From contig JABANN010000015.1 of the NCBI GenBank assembly GCA_013115125.1, forward strand, positions 1 through 64,000: a stretch of 64,000 nt of DNA, written 5' to 3'. The notes below the pieces were generated by a model. That model was not told the origin of the DNA, ran no database searches, and saw nothing but the letters and a program-made list of their open reading frames with translations. The DNA is from Perkinsus olseni. Taxonomy: Eukaryota. The first letter of the stretch is position 1. Each line of letters starts with the position of its first letter. Below, piece by piece: positions 58,877 through 64,000 of the stretch. A program made the translations under genes and the position numbers.

Positions 58877-61800
58877 TCACGCCAGGCTCTGGGCCCAGTC
58901 ATAAGCCTTGAATGATCCCTTAAACGCTTCCACGTCCTCTTCGTACCTGACGATGCAGGTATTCAAGAGGCCGGGCGCAGCACTAGAGGGTAAGGCCCAA
59001 GCACTGTAGACCACCGAACCTCCTTACTTCTGCTCCCCACCGGCCCCGGGTTGGTCATAGTGAACCAGACTGAGCTTGTCGATCTCGAGCATGCCGGCGA
59101 TGGTTTGCTGATGAAAAACGATAGTCCCTAGCCGGACGAGGCAGGACGACGCTCACCAGTCCGTAGTCCCAGCGGAACTCCTTGGCCTTGTCGATTATGT
59201 GCACCAGTCCCACTTGTAGACCGAAGTCGACGTGCATGTATCTGAGGGTACACTTTCAGGACCATGAGCTCGTGTGGGGCTACTGGACACTACGGAGAAG
59301 ATGGTGGGATACCAGAGCTGCTAACATCGCTCCGCCCTTTGCACTCAACGATTTTTGGCTGGTTGCTCCACGTGTCTCCGGCCAGACTCATGCCTTGGCG
59401 GAAGTATCTGTGGGTTCAACCGAGAGTAAAGAGAAGTAAGTCAAAGACTGGGCACGAGCAGTACGGTGACACACTCCCCTATGTAGCGAGCTTCGAACGT
59501 ACGCGGCGTTGTGAAAGGCACAACAGCCGATGAAAGGGTGCACTCGCCAATGCTTTCCGTAGGGAGCTCTAGTGGTGTCAAAGGGATACTGCAAAGAGCA
59601 CTTACGATTCAAGCTCCTTGATTCTGTCCTGAGGCACCGGAAAGCACTGCATCGTCGTGTGGGCACCACCGCCAAGTAAAGCCATGATATCATCATCTGA
59701 GTCCCACTCAATGATCAACAAGGACTCGAGGAGCAGCACTCACTTTGAGGAGGGCTCTTTACAGTCTCGATAAAGACCGGTACGCAAGGGGGGTCCATGG
59801 TGGCGTAAAAGTGGGCGAGACACTTCTAAAGAGAAACTGACCATCAGCTGTGAACGGCACCGCGAGCTGGCAGGATCTGCACTCTACTACGACGCCGTTA
59901 ATCAATCAGTGTCCAACTATCTGCAAGAGATCCGTTCTCCGGGAGCACACGTGCCACTATGTGGGTGTTAGTTCACGCGCTACCGTGCATATTTCCCATG
60001 AATGGGCGCGCTGCGTGACACAGTCTGCGTCCTTACGACACGATCGAACTTATCAATTTTGCATTGGAAAAGTAGTTCGCCGAAGAACGGCGGACACATG
60101 CTGTCGCTCGGTCGAAGAAAGGCTGCCTTACCTGGTAATTTCTTATCTCTTCAGCGGTCTCCTCATCAGCCGTCCTGAGCGATGCACAATGGTTCTGCGG
60201 TACCAGGATAAACTGCCCTCGCAGCAGCGTGGACTTGTAACTGAGCGAGCAGAAAGTGACCTCTCCCGGAAGAGTCCCGCCGCCCTCACTTTGCCATGCA
60301 GATGTACACTCGAGGGCTCGCTGCGATGAGCTTGTCCTCACGATTACGAGACCAGCTAGAGTTCTCCATACCTGACCAGGGCCCACATAAAGAGGAGCTC
60401 GAGCTCATAGACTGTGAATCATAGCCCCAAGACCACTGGCGTTGAGACACACAAGAACTCTGTGGACAAGACGACAGTACAGTCTCGACGCGGCAAGAAG
60501 AGGTGCCCACCGCTTGATGCACGGCACGAGAGCCGGTAGAAGCAGATCTCCGACAGCGAGGACTTACACAAATCGCACTCCCGCTGAGTTCTCCTGGCAG
60601 CTCGTCTCTCATCACGTTCGTCCTTTCTCCGCTTATCCTCAGACATCCAGCCAGTCCCTGCAGGCCACGCAGCCCCCTATTGCCATGCCTGTCGTAGCCA
60701 CTCTCACCCCGAAATTTTCGTCTCTTTTCCTTCATGAGCTCAGCAGGCATACTCTGCTCGGGGTTCTCTCCACCTCCACCCACCTCCGTGGCTCCGAAGT
60801 ACTCATCCTCTTCAGCACTCCCTGAAGCCATCCACTGGATCTCCGCCCCGACCAGGCAACTACGCCTCCCACCTTGGAACCGCTTATTTTTCCTGATATT
60901 CTCCGCGAGATGCCGATCGTACTCACCACCCCTCACGCCTCGAGAAGCCCTCTCTCTGAGGGACGCGGAGTCACACTCGTCGCAAAGAGAGAATGCTCAC
61001 GTACTGTCGCAGTAGCTCGGAGACGTCCATACTGTCCTCGTCCTTACTATCTTCCCTCACGGACAGCATCTTCGCTCGGCTGGGCTTGGCACTTCCCAGC
61101 GCCTGCGAAAGTGAGAATCTCAGCGAATTCCTCTATGAAGAGCCGCGCTACCCCCTGGCCCTGCTGCTCGTCAACGACCACCGTCTTTGTGGCCATCAAC
61201 GAGTTCAATCGCTCATACTCTGCCATATCGCCGGCAAGCATCGCTCTCATGGCTGCTGCTGACAGCTCGTTCGCGTCCAACGAGCTCGCGTCAACTGAAG
61301 AAATTGCACCGATGAGACACACGCGCAGTATGCGGTAATGAAAAGCCAGATGAGGGAGGCCTCACACGGTGGAGTGCGGCCCTTACCTTGGGCGGCAGAA
61401 GGCTGGGCTCTCTCTCCCGTGCGCTCGGCGGCTTCCCTATCGCTTCGTCTACTATTATACTTGTCAGCCAAGCTAGCCAACTCCTCTCGAGAGCTCCTGA
61501 AGATGCATCCCAGCGTAGCGACTCTCCATCCTCAACAGCAGTCACTAGGGCCACTCACCTGCTGGTCCCCCGCCTCTCACTGGACCTGCTCCGACTCCTA
61601 CCCCAGCCCCTCCGCTTATCGTCCCTTTCTCCTCGCCGGCCGCGACGCTCTCGACGGTCATCATCGTCGTTTCGTCTCTCCCTCGAACTTCGGGAGCTCG
61701 CCTCCGAAGGGCCAGAATCCCGATCAGACTCGCGCCTCCTCCGAGCTGCCCGAGCGTGCCACCGTCGCCCGCCGGAATTCACCAGGCAACTGGGAAAGAG

Positions 61801-62487
61801 ACGGGTCAGGACATGCTCTCCCGAAAGTCGTGGCTGGCGCACTAGCCCCCACGACGGAACCCAGTGGTACCTCTCAGGAAGGGCCCACGGGTGTGCCTCC
61901 CGGGCCTTCTCGGACAGGTGAGCTCGCTCTGATAGACCTTCGTCATTGGCCAGGTCGCTGAGGAATAACCAACCATCAACAGCCGTGAGGCTCTCATAAC
62001 ACTGATGGCATCGACTGACTAGTCCCTAGCCAGACGATCACGACACACCAATACTACATTTTATTCATTCGCTTATTGGACTCCTTCATGAGCCTCTCCC
62101 TCTCAGCCCGTCGCTCCGCTGCTTTCCGCTCCATCCTTGGTACCGCCATTTTCCCTAATCCCGACCCTCCACCATCGCTATCTCCTACCACACCTTACCT
62201 ATTTCGAACATCGCAGCCAGCCTGTCCGACGAAGGGTCTCCACTGCCCGTCATCCACTCGTCGCGCTTGGCGGGCTCCTCACTCCTCGACGACTGACTAT
62301 CCCTGAGTCCATCCTGAAGACAGGAGAGTCCTCGCGGAGCAGGAGAGCCATCGATCTCCACCTCGCCATCACGTGACTCATGGTTCACGGCTTCCTCCCT
62401 CTCATGATGATGGTGATGCCGATGCTTCGACTTCTTCTCCTTCTTCGGCTTCTCCTTCCCGCCGCTGACCTTGACGGCGCCGAACAT
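58877..62487 (-). CDS. CWF19L2: CWF19-like protein 2 (CwfJ C-terminal domains), multi-exon
   Basis: Basic/His-rich start; DANELSAAAMRAMLAGD; RECDLC; GQFILVPQNHCASL...EEIRNYQ; HTTMQCFPVP; YMHVDFG...HIID; FKAYDWAQSLA*. Confidence 0.88.
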
Positions 62488-62939
62488 ACAAAGCGGCAGA
62501 TTGAGAACGAGCTGTTCGGTAAGTACTTCAAAGTGTGTGCGTGTCAGTTCAAAGTCCAACGCCGGCGCCGGCTTCGTTAGACTTAATTCCGATGCGCTAG
62601 CAGTTCAACGATGAAATCTTCGTTGCGCTCCACTTGAAACTCTAAAGTATCAGGGTTCAGAGAAGAAGGGATTGAAGTTCAACGTGGACTACGAAACCCC
62701 CTGACCTTGAGGAGAGTTCCCACCGCGGCTGAGCCGTCATGAGGGACAACCCCTCAACCGAACGCTGGGCTCGAGCGCCACCACGATGACAGTCCCACCC
62801 GGCGAACGAAGAACAGCAAACTCGCGTAACAGAAAAATATCACTCGGGAGAGCAGTCACTGGACAGGAATATGAATTGAGGGGGGGGGACCGTTACGGGT
62901 CACGATGAGTCGATCAACTTGGCTTGTTCGATATCGAGA

Positions 62940-64000
62940 TTAGCTATCCGGAAGCAGGCCAGAAGCTGCTCTGGGAGTTCGCTGTCGTCCTCGCCCTCCA
63001 TCACCAAACCCACTTGAGCCTGAAAAAGTGACGCTCATAACGCTCACAGCGCACAGCATCCTACCACGCAGTCCTTCAGTAGCCCGTAGAAGGAGTAGAA
63101 GCTCTTGCGTGCAAGGTAGCACCACTGGCGTATGTCGAAGTCAATCTCGGCCACCTCTCCCTGGCCATCGACGTTCGAGTGCAGCTGCAAGCTTTTGGTC
63201 AGCAACGCCGGTTTGCCGTTGTATCTGCCGCCACGACCGTCTCCATTTGGCCAACATTCTCGGCGAGTCTGACCTGTTTATTATCCCCGGGAGCCCCAAT
63301 TCACTGGCGTTCTCGATCAGCGCTATGATCTTGAGAGCGCTCTCACCCTTCTTGGACACCCCCGTCTTCAACAACCTAAAATGACACGACATCCAGGATT
63401 ACGACGCCTCAGTGAAATCTCTGCTGAGCTCGCTGCGGGTTGGAAGACTGTTACTCGAGCTGGTGCATTCTGATCAGGGTACGCACGACCGCGATGATAC
63501 CAACATCCTACTCAGGTGGGCGCAGTCAGCTCGAGTCGAAGATGGTAGCTCGACGAGATGAGGATTGTCATTCTCTTTCTGCAAGAGCCCCAAGGTGGTG
63601 AACTAGAAGGGGTTGAGTGTGCCACGGGTAATCGAAGGAAGTATGTGTAGTTGAAGGTAGTAAAGGAGCCAGCATATGAGAAACAGGATTCGTGCGCTAC
63701 TATGTAAGAATCCGCAGCGGATTTTCATGAGCTCAAACTGAGCTCCATCAACGAAAGCCAATCTCATCCGTGGACCCCAAACCGCGGTGAAGGTCATAGA
63801 AACAAGCCACTGCTCTCTTCCTAGCTTCACCATGCGAGCTGATCCGAGTGATCCAGTAGGGTGCAAGTCGTCTTTAGTAGTAGAAGGGAAATATTTACTG
63901 GTAAAACCGCAGACACAATCCCCGATTACTCCTACTGGCGAAACAGCTTGATGGCGGCAAGCTTCTCCAAGTTGCCATTGCGGTACTCTTTCAACACTGT
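62940..64000 (-). other. Possible partial intron-containing gene or pseudogene, unidentified
   Basis: Exon-like frames with plausible splice sites but also in-frame stops; no motif recognised. Confidence 0.25.

Overview
Gene-dense eukaryotic DNA with many short (~45-60 nt) GT-AG introns. Intron style and gene content suggest an alveolate, most likely Perkinsus; this is an inference, not a search result. Recognisable genes: a Mutator-like transposase running off the left edge, a coiled-coil gene and its disrupted paralog, BUD23/WBSCR22, a GNAT acetyltransferase, SYS1, a VPS10/sortilin receptor, a nucleoredoxin, a degenerate nucleotidyltransferase-fold protein, a truncated and frameshifted ABCA transporter, an anoctamin, a UPF1-like SF1 helicase with N-terminal dsRBD-like motifs, and CWF19L2. 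There are three intact tRNA genes (Val-TAC, Arg-CCG, Asn-GTT); the last two lie inside introns. The strongest unexplained signal is a set of hAT-type transposon traces: a complete 263-bp MITE with an 8-bp target site duplication (TSD), an orphan end with a related terminal inverted repeat (TIR), and two hairpin-type excision footprints that each frameshift a host gene. Also notable is a lineage-specific two-domain protein family with signal-peptide-like N-termini and NLS-like C-termini; one copy is nested antisense in a sortilin intron and another sits between degenerate inverted repeats. Exon boundaries were read by eye and are approximate.
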